Shown piece by piece: positions 29,147-38,045 of a stretch of 64,000 nt of DNA. A program made the position numbers and the translations under genes. Each line of letters opens with the position of its first letter. Position 1 is the first letter of the stretch. The notes under the pieces are model-generated. The model was not told the DNA's origin and did not search any database. It saw only the letters and a program-made list of their open reading frames with translations. Origin of the DNA: a virus (taxonomy: Duplodnaviria > Caudoviricetes); the IMG/VR virus record IMGVR_UViG_3300031992_000084, positions 6,115-70,114 of that record. One strand, written 5' to 3'.

Positions 29147-29557
29147 ATGATTTCGCGCAAAGTACATATCCGGCATTGGGATGTTTTGTTCCTGTTCTCC
29201 TTCGATCCTAACGATATGGAGCGCATCTACGATGCTCTTATCTGGGCCGACGCTCCGGATTCTATCATTTCACAAGTATCAGAGAATGTTTATGCCGGTC
29301 GCCTTAACGAGGGCTTTACTTTCAGTGAGCCCTCGCTTAGGCGTACAATCTTTGCTACCGGAATTGCCGAAAGCGGTCCGGAGGTACTTGACAGTGTTGT
29401 ACACGAGATTATTCACATCTGCCAGCATATCGCGATCGAAGAAGGCATCGACCCGCTCGGAGAAGAATTCGCCTATCTCGGTGGAGATATATCCAGAGAG
29501 ATCAGCGACATAGTCTGCGAGCTTTCGTGCCCGCATTGTAACAGCCGGCGCGGCTGA
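29147..29557 (+). CDS. HEXXH zinc-metallopeptidase-like protein
   Basis: VVHEIIH ... GEEFAYL; C-terminal CPHC. Confidence 0.6.
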   Translation: MISRKVHIRHWDVLFLFSFDPNDMERIYDALIWADAPDSIISQVSENVYAGRLNEGFTFSEPSLRRTIFATGIAESGPEVLDSVVHEIIHICQHIAIEEGIDPLGEEFAYLGGDISREISDIVCELSCPHCNSRRG

Positions 29558-29582
29558 GGCAAGTTTCGGCGCCGGTTATGTT

Positions 29583-29617
29583 GTCACCCCGGTTTTGCGG
29601 TTCCGGGGTGACTTTTT
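29583..29617. terminator. Terminator at the convergence of the plus and minus operons
   Basis: GTCACCCCGG-N10-CCGGGGTGAC followed by TTTTT. Confidence 0.8.
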
Positions 29618-29624
29618 ATTGATT

Positions 29625-29849
29625 TTAAACCTCAAGAAAATCCTCCGCCTCAAAGGACTTGTGATAAAGATAGGCAAGAGGAATAATCATCTTCGCACAG
29701 AATCGGTCAATCGTAGACTTCTTTGGCAGTGTCTTTCCGTTTTCGATTTTCCACAACGCGGATTCCGTTATACAGAGATCCTTCGCCATCTGCGAGCGCG
29801 AGATCTGTCCAAGTTCCCGCATCTCTTTCATTGCTCTTCCAATGTTCAT
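29625..29849 (-). CDS. XRE/Cro-family HTH regulator
   Basis: ISRSQMAKDLCITESALWKIENGKTLP. Confidence 0.8.
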   Translation of the reverse strand: MNIGRAMKEMRELGQISRSQMAKDLCITESALWKIENGKTLPKKSTIDRFCAKMIIPLAYLYHKSFEAEDFLEV

Positions 29850-30256
29850 TGTAAATAAAATTTGTTTAACATCTCTTCTGTTACGATCCCCTCGCCCTTA
29901 AGGCTCCGGAGCGTCTTAAATATCGTATCTACCGAAACCTGATCGGTAGAATGGTCCGCAAAAAGAAGCAACAACCTGGCCATATCATTACCGTCGCGAA
30001 ACCACATATCGACATTCTTGTACTGGTTCTTTTTGTCTGCGTCGTAAATGTCCTGCGTAAGGCTGTCGTTTACAGAGCAAGTGGCGCGGACATATCTCAG
30101 ATAGTCCTCGAACTTCTTCTTCTTGTCCTTCTTCCACACAACACGATTCCTCTGCATGCGCCTCTCGCAGTCACGCATTATAAGGTCCATTGCAATTGAC
30201 ATGATGTACAAGACGCTTGTCTCGACCTCAATTTGTTTCATCTCTAAGGAGTCCAT
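29846..30256 (-). CDS. Hypothetical protein
   Basis: 136 aa in a coupled operon. Confidence 0.7.
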   Translation of the reverse strand: MDSLEMKQIEVETSVLYIMSIAMDLIMRDCERRMQRNRVVWKKDKKKKFEDYLRYVRATCSVNDSLTQDIYDADKKNQYKNVDMWFRDGNDMARLLLLFADHSTDQVSVDTIFKTLRSLKGEGIVTEEMLNKFYLQ

Positions 30257-30413
30257 TCTCTCTCAAATATTTGATCCTGTCTTCTTTTGTTTTGTATATT
30301 CCGCAGTTCGGAACGCACGGCTTATGATCTACCCGGCACAGACCGAGTTTGAGGTGCACGCAATCTTCCTGCCCGCCAACTCTGATTCTTGATGGAATTT
30401 TAACGTAACTCAT
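30228..30413 (-). CDS. Small Cys-containing hypothetical protein
   Basis: A-rich start context; four Cys plus His residues. Confidence 0.5.
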   Translation of the reverse strand: MSYVKIPSRIRVGGQEDCVHLKLGLCRVDHKPCVPNCGIYKTKEDRIKYLRENGLLRDETN

Positions 30414-30612
30414 TTTTGTCCTCCTTTTGAAATTGTTTAACCCATTGTGCCACGTTCACATAAGCCTCCGCCAGCCCCCTTGCGTAGCCGTGCAGGTACT
30501 CATTATATAGTGGATTCTTCTCCGCCTTAAATTTCTGCTGAAGGTTCAGCCGCTCTTGGCTCTTTTTTCCGTGCTTTCGGAGAGTAAGATAAAAGCGTTT
30601 AATATCAAGCAT
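30400..30612 (-). CDS. Hypothetical protein
   Basis: Packed ORF in the minus-strand operon. Confidence 0.6.
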   Translation of the reverse strand: MLDIKRFYLTLRKHGKKSQERLNLQQKFKAEKNPLYNEYLHGYARGLAEAYVNVAQWVKQFQKEDKNELR

Positions 30613-30614
30613 AA

Positions 30615-31058
30615 TTATTCCTCCCTTGATGTTACTTTCGCTATCGGCTCGCTCCCGAACTGATGAGCCGGTGATGCATCAACTGTATAGTTGAGCCTCT
30701 CTGAAGCTGGCCTGTCCAGCCACAACTGATGGCGGATCGCCTGGTGGATGTCGAAGAGGATATCTGCCGTATTGTCATAATGCACACCGTAATTGGCGTT
30801 CGGTGCGAGATTCCAAAACCTCCGTTTGATTTCCTTGCAGAAGGTTTCTGCGTCTTCTCTCATCTTGTGCCAGCCGCCATCGAAGTTTTCGTCCATAAAG
30901 TTTCCGGTCGCTTCCTTGCATCGCCTCTCCCACGCTTCTTCAAATAGTTGCTGGAAAGTCCAATCCTGTCCTTGAATCAAGCGGGGGAATTGATCACAAG
31001 CAAAAGACAAGAGTCGTGCTTGCTTTTCCGTGAGTTCTATGATGTATTTCTTTGCCAT
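30615..31058 (-). CDS. Hypothetical protein
   Basis: 147 aa, packed ORF. Confidence 0.7.
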   Translation of the reverse strand: MAKKYIIELTEKQARLLSFACDQFPRLIQGQDWTFQQLFEEAWERRCKEATGNFMDENFDGGWHKMREDAETFCKEIKRRFWNLAPNANYGVHYDNTADILFDIHQAIRHQLWLDRPASERLNYTVDASPAHQFGSEPIAKVTSREE

Positions 31059-31147
31059 AACAATAATTTTTTATATCTTTGTGTTATCTAATAATCAGGG
31101 GGTTATCCCCGATGCCTGGAAGCATTTATTAGTTATATGGAGTGGGT

Positions 31148-31336
31148 TCAGGCCTGCTCCTTTTCTTTTGCCCAATCAGCCAACCTCCAAGCGACACATC
31201 CTTCCAGAATGCAGGGTGTTCCCGGCAATCCTTTGGAGCAGTCACCTCCGTTGAAATAATAGGAACAAGTCATTTGTTTCTTTGTCCGCTCATACTCTTC
31301 TTGTGGTATGGATGCAAGGCGTTCTTTGAGGGTCAT
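31148..31336 (-). CDS. Small Cys-rich hypothetical protein
   Basis: CSYYFNGGDCSKGLPGTPCILEGC. Confidence 0.55.
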   Translation of the reverse strand: MTLKERLASIPQEEYERTKKQMTCSYYFNGGDCSKGLPGTPCILEGCVAWRLADWAKEKEQA

Positions 31337-31381
31337 AATACGATCTCCTTTTCAATTTTGAGAAGCCTTAAGGCGTGCTGA

Positions 31382-32104
31382 TTATTCATATTCCCACAAA
31401 TAACCTCCAGCACTTCTACAAGTATATTCTTTTCCCCTTTTTATCAAAACCTTACCAATCGCACAATTATGAATGTTTGACGATCCTATACCAGTCATAC
31501 GACTTGCTTCTTTAACACTGTTGTAGGTTTTCAGATATTCTCCATCAAGAGAAACCTGCTTTATTCGTTTTGATGTTCGCTGAGTTCTTGTGCCATACTT
31601 TGTATTGTATTCTTTAGAACACCACTCAAGGTTATCCACAGAATTATTGAGTTTGTTTTCGTCCTTGTGATTCACATCGCTTAATTTGCCATCATTCGGA
31701 ATGAAAGCAATAGCAACAAGGCGATGCACAGATAGACATTTTCTTTCACCATTTTTGCATAGAAAAACGGATAAATATCCATCCTTCGTGATCTGTTGCT
31801 TTAACAACTTCTCCTTAGACATATATTTAAACTTGCTTCCTGCATTCTTAATGCGAGAAACACTTTTGATTCGACCCCTGTTTGATATTTGATAAAGGAC
31901 CTCATAATCTGGCATTTCCTTCCATATTTCGCCATCAATATCCATTTTCTCAAATGTACTAATGGCTTCAGAAAGGATAGCGCTGCACACGATTGGATTC
32001 TTATAAATTGATAGCAGATTATTGCAGATAAACTGTGATACGTCATCCATTTTATAGTCTTCCCGCTTGAACCATTGTTCAACCATTAAATCTTTACAAG
32101 TCAT
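31382..32104 (-). CDS. NUMOD4-HNH endonuclease with N-terminal extension
   Basis: GEIWKEM..Y.ISNRGRIKS (NUMOD4); VHRLVAIAFIPN...VNHKDENKLNNSVDNLEWC (HNH). Start at 32104 by ATGA overlap. Confidence 0.85.
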   Translation of the reverse strand: MTCKDLMVEQWFKREDYKMDDVSQFICNNLLSIYKNPIVCSAILSEAISTFEKMDIDGEIWKEMPDYEVLYQISNRGRIKSVSRIKNAGSKFKYMSKEKLLKQQITKDGYLSVFLCKNGERKCLSVHRLVAIAFIPNDGKLSDVNHKDENKLNNSVDNLEWCSKEYNTKYGTRTQRTSKRIKQVSLDGEYLKTYNSVKEASRMTGIGSSNIHNCAIGKVLIKRGKEYTCRSAGGYLWEYE

Positions 32105-32286
32105 TTGCTTTCCTCCTCCATTAAAATGGCATTTCGTGAAGCCACTACCAGAGCAGCGGCTGCTATCGCAAGGAGAAACCCTTCGGAATTTGTGAGCTCT
32201 GGCCTGTTCCAAAAAAACCAATCAACCGCAATTACGATGATTGCGATAACCACGGCAATAATTGTCGCCCCAAAATTTCTTTTCAT
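32101..32286 (-). CDS. Small two-TM membrane protein
   Basis: Two hydrophobic segments. Confidence 0.6.
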   Translation of the reverse strand: MKRNFGATIIAVVIAIIVIAVDWFFWNRPELTNSEGFLLAIAAAALVVASRNAILMEEESK

Positions 32287-32519
32287 TTGTTTTCTTCCTT
32301 TATTTTATCAATCAGTTCCAGTAGTTCTGCCCGCAATATTGGTGCTGGCTGTGCATCTCCGAGAATCTCTGCAATACGGGATTCGATGAGGGAGATGATG
32401 TCTTTTGTGGCTTTCTCATAACCATTGATAAAATGAGGACGGAGAGAGTCACAAATATCTCCTTTTATTCCACCCTTATACGGATAGGCCTCAAATGCTC
32501 GTTGTTCTGCTTTGCTCAT
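32283..32519 (-). CDS. Hypothetical protein
   Basis: MSKAEQRAFEAYP; coupled ORF. Confidence 0.65.
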   Translation of the reverse strand: MSKAEQRAFEAYPYKGGIKGDICDSLRPHFINGYEKATKDIISLIESRIAEILGDAQPAPILRAELLELIDKIKEENK

Positions 32520-32521
32520 AT

Positions 32522-32905
32522 CTATTCATTTTTATACATGTGTTCAGGGGCCTCCAGAGCCAGTTCCTTTTCAATTAACCCACGATAATCAAACATATTT
32601 TTATTGAGCCAATCAATACTATTTGACATACTAATTCCATCAAAATCACAAGCTAAACAATCATATATTCTTCTCTCTTCCTCAGTCATGCTTGACATCG
32701 GTCGAAGATATGGTCTCACTTCCTCAACAAGCGGGGAACCGGATATGTTTGACATAAACGGCTTCAGAAGAGTGATTCTTCCAAAACCTACTCCTATTAT
32801 GTTAAAGTCATCGTCGCCCCATCTGACAATAAGTCCATGATGCGGCAACCTTGCGCATAAATCGATATAAAGAAGATCCTTATCTTCGTCAGCAATCTTT
32901 TTCAT
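32522..32905 (-). CDS. Hypothetical phage protein
   Basis: DLCARLPH...RPYLRPMSSMTEEE...FDYRGLIEKELALEAP. Confidence 0.7.
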   Translation of the reverse strand: MKKIADEDKDLLYIDLCARLPHHGLIVRWGDDDFNIIGVGFGRITLLKPFMSNISGSPLVEEVRPYLRPMSSMTEEERRIYDCLACDFDGISMSNSIDWLNKNMFDYRGLIEKELALEAPEHMYKNE

Positions 32906-33113
32906 TTTCTTTAAGTTTTATCGGTTCACCTTTCTTGACAGCTTCAATCATATCAAGAACTATCGCCGTTTCAACAAACCCACCAACTGGTATTCCGCTG
33001 CACAAATTATCATATATCTCTCCAAAATCTTCACCGTAAGCAGTTATGCATCTTTCTCTGAGGCTGTCTGGCTTTCGTGTAAAGAATTCTTTTATTTTCT
33101 TTATTATGCTCAT
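32889..33113 (-). CDS. Hypothetical protein
   Basis: Packed ORF. Confidence 0.6.
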   Translation of the reverse strand: MSIIKKIKEFFTRKPDSLRERCITAYGEDFGEIYDNLCSGIPVGGFVETAIVLDMIEAVKKGEPIKLKENEKDC

Positions 33114-33164
33114 ATTAAATGCATTTTTTAATTTTCAACATAATATCTGATTACAGCTTAATGA

Positions 33165-33467
33165 TTATTCTAAAATTATAGGTTCGATATAATGATAATA
33201 ATCCATAAAATACTTCTTATGAAGAAACACCCGCATTATTATAGGTTCTCCGGAATAAGCGAAGTCCATTTCAAACAGCTTCTCCCCGCTCTCTGTATCC
33301 ACAACTGCATATATTCCGATCAAACTTCCATCGTTTAATTCGATCAGGCGGTCAAGATTTTTTGATATGTATATTTTATCTTCGATGTTGTCAATGAAAA
33401 TAAACTCTTTTGCTATCTCTTTATCCATATTAAACTCGTTTGCTATGAAATTTACATCGTGTTCCAT
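33165..33467 (-). CDS. Hypothetical acidic protein
   Basis: 100 aa; lower GC than its neighbours. Confidence 0.55.
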   Translation of the reverse strand: MEHDVNFIANEFNMDKEIAKEFIFIDNIEDKIYISKNLDRLIELNDGSLIGIYAVVDTESGEKLFEMDFAYSGEPIIMRVFLHKKYFMDYYHYIEPIILE

Positions 33468-33624
33468 CTTTTGATAATGAGCCTGCGCTTCTTGCAGAAA
33501 TCATTCTAAACATAGACTTAACATTACAGACAAGAACTTTTTTCACTTCTCTTCTGCACTTCAACCTGCTCTGATTGTCAACCCTCCAGTAACAATCTTT
33601 GCATATGAAATCTAGTTTTGCCAT
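33430..33624 (-). CDS. Small Cys-containing hypothetical protein
   Basis: CKDC...C...C...C pattern. Confidence 0.5.
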   Translation of the reverse strand: MAKLDFICKDCYWRVDNQSRLKCRREVKKVLVCNVKSMFRMISARSAGSLSKDGTRCKFHSKRV

Positions 33625-33626
33625 AG

Positions 33627-33755
33627 TTATTTCTCCTTGTACATTCCTTCCGGTGCTTCCAATGCCAACCCTTTTTCAATCAATCTACGATAATCGAAAT
33701 GATGTGATAAAAGCCAATCAAACATATTCTGTTCATTTGCTATATTACACATCAT
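33627..33755 (-). pseudogene. C-terminal fragment paralogous to 32522..32905
   Basis: DWLLSHHFDYRRLIEKGLALEAPEGMY versus DWLNKNMFDYRGLIEKELALEAPEHMY. Confidence 0.55.
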
Positions 33756-33903
33756 TGGCTGAAAATCCGGGTGCATTACCATTTTCGGCAACTTCATATT
33801 CATCTTTTTTCGAGCACGGACATTCCTCAAGATAACTCCAATCAATATGAGACTTATCTTCTGTTGATCCCCACCGACTCATAGCAAAATCATATTGATT
33901 TTC

Positions 33904-34650
33904 TCAAAGAGATTTACCGACATAATTCTTTTTGAACCATTCGGATTTGACGATGTCTTCATAAAGTTTGCGATAGTCTTTCTGCTCTTTCTGTTCATCA
34001 ATCTTCTCTATGCGAGTAAAATAACCATTTGGAAACCCACCTCCTGGAATTATGTGGTCAGATCCCGTATTGTCTTTAAATACTACGCGATAAAAGTGAG
34101 AACCGTTCGGACCTTCAATCTTTTCAAAATGCTCGATGATAAGTGGTCTTCCGTCACCGTCAACCAATTTTACCTTATCACCTATCCTGAAACCGAACAC
34201 ATTGTCTATCTTCTCCAGCCCATATGCCCCTGGGTTGTCAAATACCTCCTGTCTTCCAGCATTCTGACCTTCTCTGAAGGCTTTTTGGGTTTCAGTTTCT
34301 TTATCACATTCTGTGGGATTCTGCTCTTTCTGCTTTTTGATTTCAGCGTATTTGTCAAGTATTTCCTGCTTACCTTCCCGATAGCCTCTCCAATATTCTT
34401 TATTTGCATCTTTCTGATTTTCAAGGTATTCTTTTACCTCGAGAATATCTGTATCACCAATAGCATCCCAGGCCAAATTATGTTCAAGATATTCTATTCC
34501 TTCTAGTGCAGCTTTCCTTAGTCTCTCGTCCTCGCTCTCGCGGAGTTCGGGAATGATGGTTTCCAATGCTTCTTTATCCTCATCATCAATACACCAAGAC
34601 ATTCCGCTAATACGCTGTTTGACTCTTGCTATTGCTTTTTCGTAATCCAT
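33904..34650 (-). CDS. Modular hypothetical phage protein
   Basis: IIPELRESEDERLRK motif and repeated QKEQK linkers. Confidence 0.7.
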   Translation of the reverse strand: MDYEKAIARVKQRISGMSWCIDDEDKEALETIIPELRESEDERLRKAALEGIEYLEHNLAWDAIGDTDILEVKEYLENQKDANKEYWRGYREGKQEILDKYAEIKKQKEQNPTECDKETETQKAFREGQNAGRQEVFDNPGAYGLEKIDNVFGFRIGDKVKLVDGDGRPLIIEHFEKIEGPNGSHFYRVVFKDNTGSDHIIPGGGFPNGYFTRIEKIDEQKEQKDYRKLYEDIVKSEWFKKNYVGKSL

Positions 34651-34657
34651 AATGCCA

Positions 34658-34810
34658 TCACTTTATATGCATTTCAATTTCCGGGTCGATATGGTTGACA
34701 AGAGAGAAAGACAGATCTACCTCTTTGCCATTGTAGGTGATAGGGATATCCCCGCAAGTAATATTGTAGGTAATTTTTGTAACCTGCTGGATAAGTTGGT
34801 TTATGGTCAT
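34658..34810 (-). CDS. Small hypothetical protein (50 aa)
   Basis: Manual translation MTINQLIQQVTKITYNITCGDIPITYNGKEVD... Confidence 0.5.
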   Translation of the reverse strand: MTINQLIQQVTKITYNITCGDIPITYNGKEVDLSFSLVNHIDPEIEMHIK

Positions 34811-34828
34811 TTCTTATAAGTTTTTATC

Positions 34829-34891
34829 AAAAAAAGCCCCGGCTGGCATCTTAAAAAACCCGATTTTTCCGTGCGGTTCTTTTGCCGGGGC
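34829..34891 (-). terminator. Large-loop intrinsic terminator
   Basis: Minus strand GCCCCGGC...40 nt...GCCGGGGC followed by T7. Confidence 0.55.
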
Positions 34892-35036
34892 ATAACTCAA
34901 TTCGCGTCCCGAAGTCCGAGTTCATAAAAATGGCGCGCAAGGCTGTAGATGCCGGCGCAGTCCTTGCGCTCAAGGCTGTGTTCCCAGATGTAGGACTCGT
35001 ATTCCTTCAGGAACTCTTCGTATGTCATCCTGCTAT

Positions 35037-35342
35037 TCATTCCACATCCTCCCCAATTAAGACACTGAGAATGTCCTCGCTGTCTTCATACGGTGCGTCG
35101 GCCAGGACTTCCACGCTCTTGATGTCTATCCAGCGGACCTGGCCGTAATACTCCTTGAATTCATACGATTCTACGATCTTCTTTGCGGAATCTTCAGACT
35201 CAGCGATCACATTAAAGACCGCAGGGAGATCCTCCTGCTCTTCAATGTCAAAGACGCCGGACCCGAGCCAGTCAATCGGGCATTTCCGAGACTCACGGAG
35301 GTATGCTCCGCGAAACTCAACCTTAATTTCATACTCTTTCAT
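35037..35342 (-). CDS. Acidic hypothetical protein
   Basis: MKEYEIKVEF...FNVIAESEDSAKKIVE, resembling 39832..40190. Confidence 0.6.
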   Translation of the reverse strand: MKEYEIKVEFRGAYLRESRKCPIDWLGSGVFDIEEQEDLPAVFNVIAESEDSAKKIVESYEFKEYYGQVRWIDIKSVEVLADAPYEDSEDILSVLIGEDVE

Positions 35343-35352
35343 ATCAACAGTG

Positions 35353-36087
35353 TTAATCAATTCTTATCTCTTTCGCCCAGCGAGAGAGCGTACCCTCGCA
35401 GAGCGGCTTTCCGTTCCTGGTTCCGAACGCGGCAGGATTCTTCTCGTACATCTCTATCGCCTCGGCCAGTATTTCGCGGCGCTTCCTCCCGCGAAGCAGC
35501 TGATTCGTGACCCAGAGGTACAGCGCCGACTTCGCCCTCCAGTCATCTGCCTGCTTTGCACTGACAAGCCCGGACGCAATACAGCCGGCCGTGGTGTCTG
35601 CTCCCTTTTCGCGTCCGAGTTTCTTGACATACCGGCCGGTGCGGCTTACATGCCCTCCGTTTTTCTTTATGTCATCCTTGATCGCGTCCAGCGCTCCTTT
35701 CGTACGGGAGGAGATCAGCTCGCGCTCATATTGAGCGACAGACGCGAAGACGCCGAGCACCATCGTGTTCACGATCGGCATATCGACGAACCGGATCTGG
35801 ATGCCGGTGCCGAGGACGCGGAATGTGAACTCCACATCACGGGCGAGACGGTCGAGCTTCGCGATGACGAGCGTGCAGTTGTGAGCCTTGCAATAGTCTA
35901 TCGCGGCCCACAGTCCATGCCGTGTCCGCGACTTACCGGACTCGACATCCTGGAACTCGTGGTCGCATACGCCGCCCTCCCTTGATATGAGGTCGAGGCA
36001 CATCTTCCTCTGTGCGTCAAGACCGAGGCCGGAATTACCCTGCCTCTTCGTGGACACGCGAAGATATATGCAATACTTCAAATTCAT
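35353..36087 (-). CDS. Small serine recombinase (resolvase family)
   Basis: YLRVST..Q..SGLGLDAQ, DVESG, LVIAKLDRLAR, VAQYERELISSRT. Confidence 0.92.
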   Translation of the reverse strand: MNLKYCIYLRVSTKRQGNSGLGLDAQRKMCLDLISREGGVCDHEFQDVESGKSRTRHGLWAAIDYCKAHNCTLVIAKLDRLARDVEFTFRVLGTGIQIRFVDMPIVNTMVLGVFASVAQYERELISSRTKGALDAIKDDIKKNGGHVSRTGRYVKKLGREKGADTTAGCIASGLVSAKQADDWRAKSALYLWVTNQLLRGRKRREILAEAIEMYEKNPAAFGTRNGKPLCEGTLSRWAKEIRID

Positions 36088-36180
36088 GTCTACCTTTTTT
36101 CGTTTAGCAATTCCGGGATGAATGCGAGCCCGCAGAGTATAAATATCAATAAACTCATAACAACAAAATTTACATCACAT

Positions 36181-36196
36181 ATTCAAAAACCGTGCC
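36181..36196 (-). promoter_or_regulatory. GGCACG-N4-TTGA motif (sigma54-like)
   Basis: ATTCAAAAACCGTGCC is identical at 46347-46362. Confidence 0.45.
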
Positions 36197-36867
36197 TACC
36201 GGGAAATTTTCTCCGTCAAAAACGCGTCAACCTTGTCATAGTAAGAATCGCCGTCCTTAATGTCATCGAGTACATCGCGGTCCTTATATTCAGACCAGAA
36301 CTCATCTGCCCACTCGCGAATTTTTGCGAAGGCCGACTCGCGAGCCATATTTAGGCCTACGGTTAGATGTCTCCAGCACTTGTCATAGAACTTATGACTC
36401 ATCGCCCTGGCTGTAAACTCCTGAATGTTTGAATCCCGAGTAATTCCTTTGTTGGGCGTCAACAGCGCATCGCTAAACGAATCGATGGCCTCGTAATATC
36501 CGATCCGGTCGCGCTCGGACTCCTTCAGCGACCACCACCAGTCCTCGAACTCCTGTGTCCAGATGCGGATGTCCTGCAGAAGAGCTCTGCTGTCCGGCTC
36601 CTCCATCTTGTCATACAACTCTTGATACACATTGATCGTGATGTCCTGAACCGCCTCTACAAAGCACGATGCGCCCGGCTTGATGCGGAAGGTTTCTTTG
36701 TTTTCTTCTCCCTCTATCAGGATATTGTCATCGGCAAGAAGATTGAGAGCATCCCAAATCTCGCCACATGTCGTGTCACCGGGAAGGCCGGCCCTTGTTG
36801 CAATGTCATTGAAGTTGCAGTTTGGATTTTCTGCGATAAAGTTTCTGATTTGTTTCTTGAGTTCCAT
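36196..36867 (-). CDS. Acidic hypothetical protein with N-terminal wHTH-like segment
   Basis: IRNFIAENPNCNFNDIATRAGL; repeated EFxDxWW-like units. Confidence 0.65.
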   Translation of the reverse strand: MELKKQIRNFIAENPNCNFNDIATRAGLPGDTTCGEIWDALNLLADDNILIEGEENKETFRIKPGASCFVEAVQDITINVYQELYDKMEEPDSRALLQDIRIWTQEFEDWWWSLKESERDRIGYYEAIDSFSDALLTPNKGITRDSNIQEFTARAMSHKFYDKCWRHLTVGLNMARESAFAKIREWADEFWSEYKDRDVLDDIKDGDSYYDKVDAFLTEKISR

Positions 36868-36869
36868 TT

Positions 36870-37106
36870 CTATATAATTCTAATCCAATAATCTTGTGCG
36901 TTAATGCGGCCGCCGAGGTCCTGGTTGAACAGGATCTCAAACTCAAAGGGATAATATTTACCGATCACGGGGAAATTATCTCCCTCCATTGATATCTGCC
37001 TCTTAATCTCTCCGTCAATCTCGAATCTATCCCTCTCATCTATCGGGACTCCGTCTGCCGCCCATTCTTGAGATAGAAGGTCCCATCTGCCAACATAAAT
37101 TGTCAT
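36870..37106 (-). CDS. Hypothetical protein
   Basis: MTIYVGRWDLL... Confidence 0.65.
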   Translation of the reverse strand: MTIYVGRWDLLSQEWAADGVPIDERDRFEIDGEIKRQISMEGDNFPVIGKYYPFEFEILFNQDLGGRINAQDYWIRII

Positions 37107-37119
37107 AGCCTATTTGTGT

Positions 37120-37212
37120 TCATTTCTTTCCATATACGATAGATGTTGCCATAAAACTCGGACTCTCCCATTCTGCCGGGAGCATATCCCAGCGGCCTAC
37201 ATAGATTTTCAT
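37120..37212 (-). pseudogene. 30-aa truncated paralog of 36870..37106
   Basis: MKIYVGRWDMLPAEWE versus MTIYVGRWDLLSQEW. Confidence 0.55.
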
Positions 37213-37595
37213 TTCTGTTTCTTTTGAGATTTAACTATCGTAACCTTCTTGCCGGCATCAACAAGAACCTTGACCGCCTTCCAGATATCCGCATCCATCT
37301 GGTCTGCGAAGAAATGGAAGTCATCGGCGCCGCGATAGCCGTCATCCTTCATCGCACGCTTGAGATGACCAGTGTCGCACCAGAAACCGATAAGCTGCAC
37401 CCTCTTATCACCCTTCTTTACCTTCGTGCCGAAATCATCGTAGTCTTCCTTAGCCTTGTAGAAGTACATGTCCGCCCAAAGGTCTACATTGGCGTGACAC
37501 ATCCAGTTCTTAAATTTCCTTTCCGGCTCATCCGGCCATTTCTCGGTCTTCGTGTAGTAACCGATGCGGTTTACATAACATACATTGAGTGCCAT
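37209..37595 (-). CDS. Hypothetical protein
   Basis: 128 aa with a phage-type start context. Confidence 0.7.
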   Translation of the reverse strand: MALNVCYVNRIGYYTKTEKWPDEPERKFKNWMCHANVDLWADMYFYKAKEDYDDFGTKVKKGDKRVQLIGFWCDTGHLKRAMKDDGYRGADDFHFFADQMDADIWKAVKVLVDAGKKVTIVKSQKKQK

Positions 37596-37738
37596 AACTA
37601 TTTCTCTTTCTTAAATTGAGTTTTCAGGACTATCTCTTTGCACCATCCTTTATTTGGCGATGTCCGTCTATTCCAATATTCGCAGAAGTGTCCACGATAG
37701 GAAGACAACTTGCACATCTTACAGCTTTGATACATCTC

Positions 37739-38041
37739 CTACACCTCCACCGCTACAAGGTTCGCGACCGTGAAGCACTTCCAGGACTTGGCCACGCAGT
37801 CCCAGAACTTCATAAGTGCCGGCACATCCGGCCTCGCCTCACCCTTCGGCTCCCAGAGCGTGCCGTCCTCCTGCTTCATTAGCGACCGCTTGAGCGTCCC
37901 GACGGCATCCCTGACCGTGCCGTCCTTCTTGCGGAACTGGAATTTCACTGCCTGCTCCAACATCTTCTCCTGAAGGAGCATAATTTCGTCGGCCTTGAAT
38001 CCCTCAATGCCGAGCTGAATCAAATCTTCTCTTGTTTTCAT
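37739..38041 (-). CDS. SH3/WYL-like beta-barrel protein
   Basis: VKFQFRKKDGTVRDAVGTL...KFWDCVAKSWKCF. Confidence 0.7.
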   Translation of the reverse strand: MKTREDLIQLGIEGFKADEIMLLQEKMLEQAVKFQFRKKDGTVRDAVGTLKRSLMKQEDGTLWEPKGEARPDVPALMKFWDCVAKSWKCFTVANLVAVEV

Positions 38042-38045
38042 TGCG

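Noticed and set aside
31321-31329. boxA-like GTTCTTTGA
   Set aside because: On the non-transcribed strand inside a minus-strand gene; treated as a chance hit.
35353-36087. Phage integrase
   Set aside because: At 244 aa it lacks the recombinase and Zn-ribbon domains of large serine integrases; no att core was identified.
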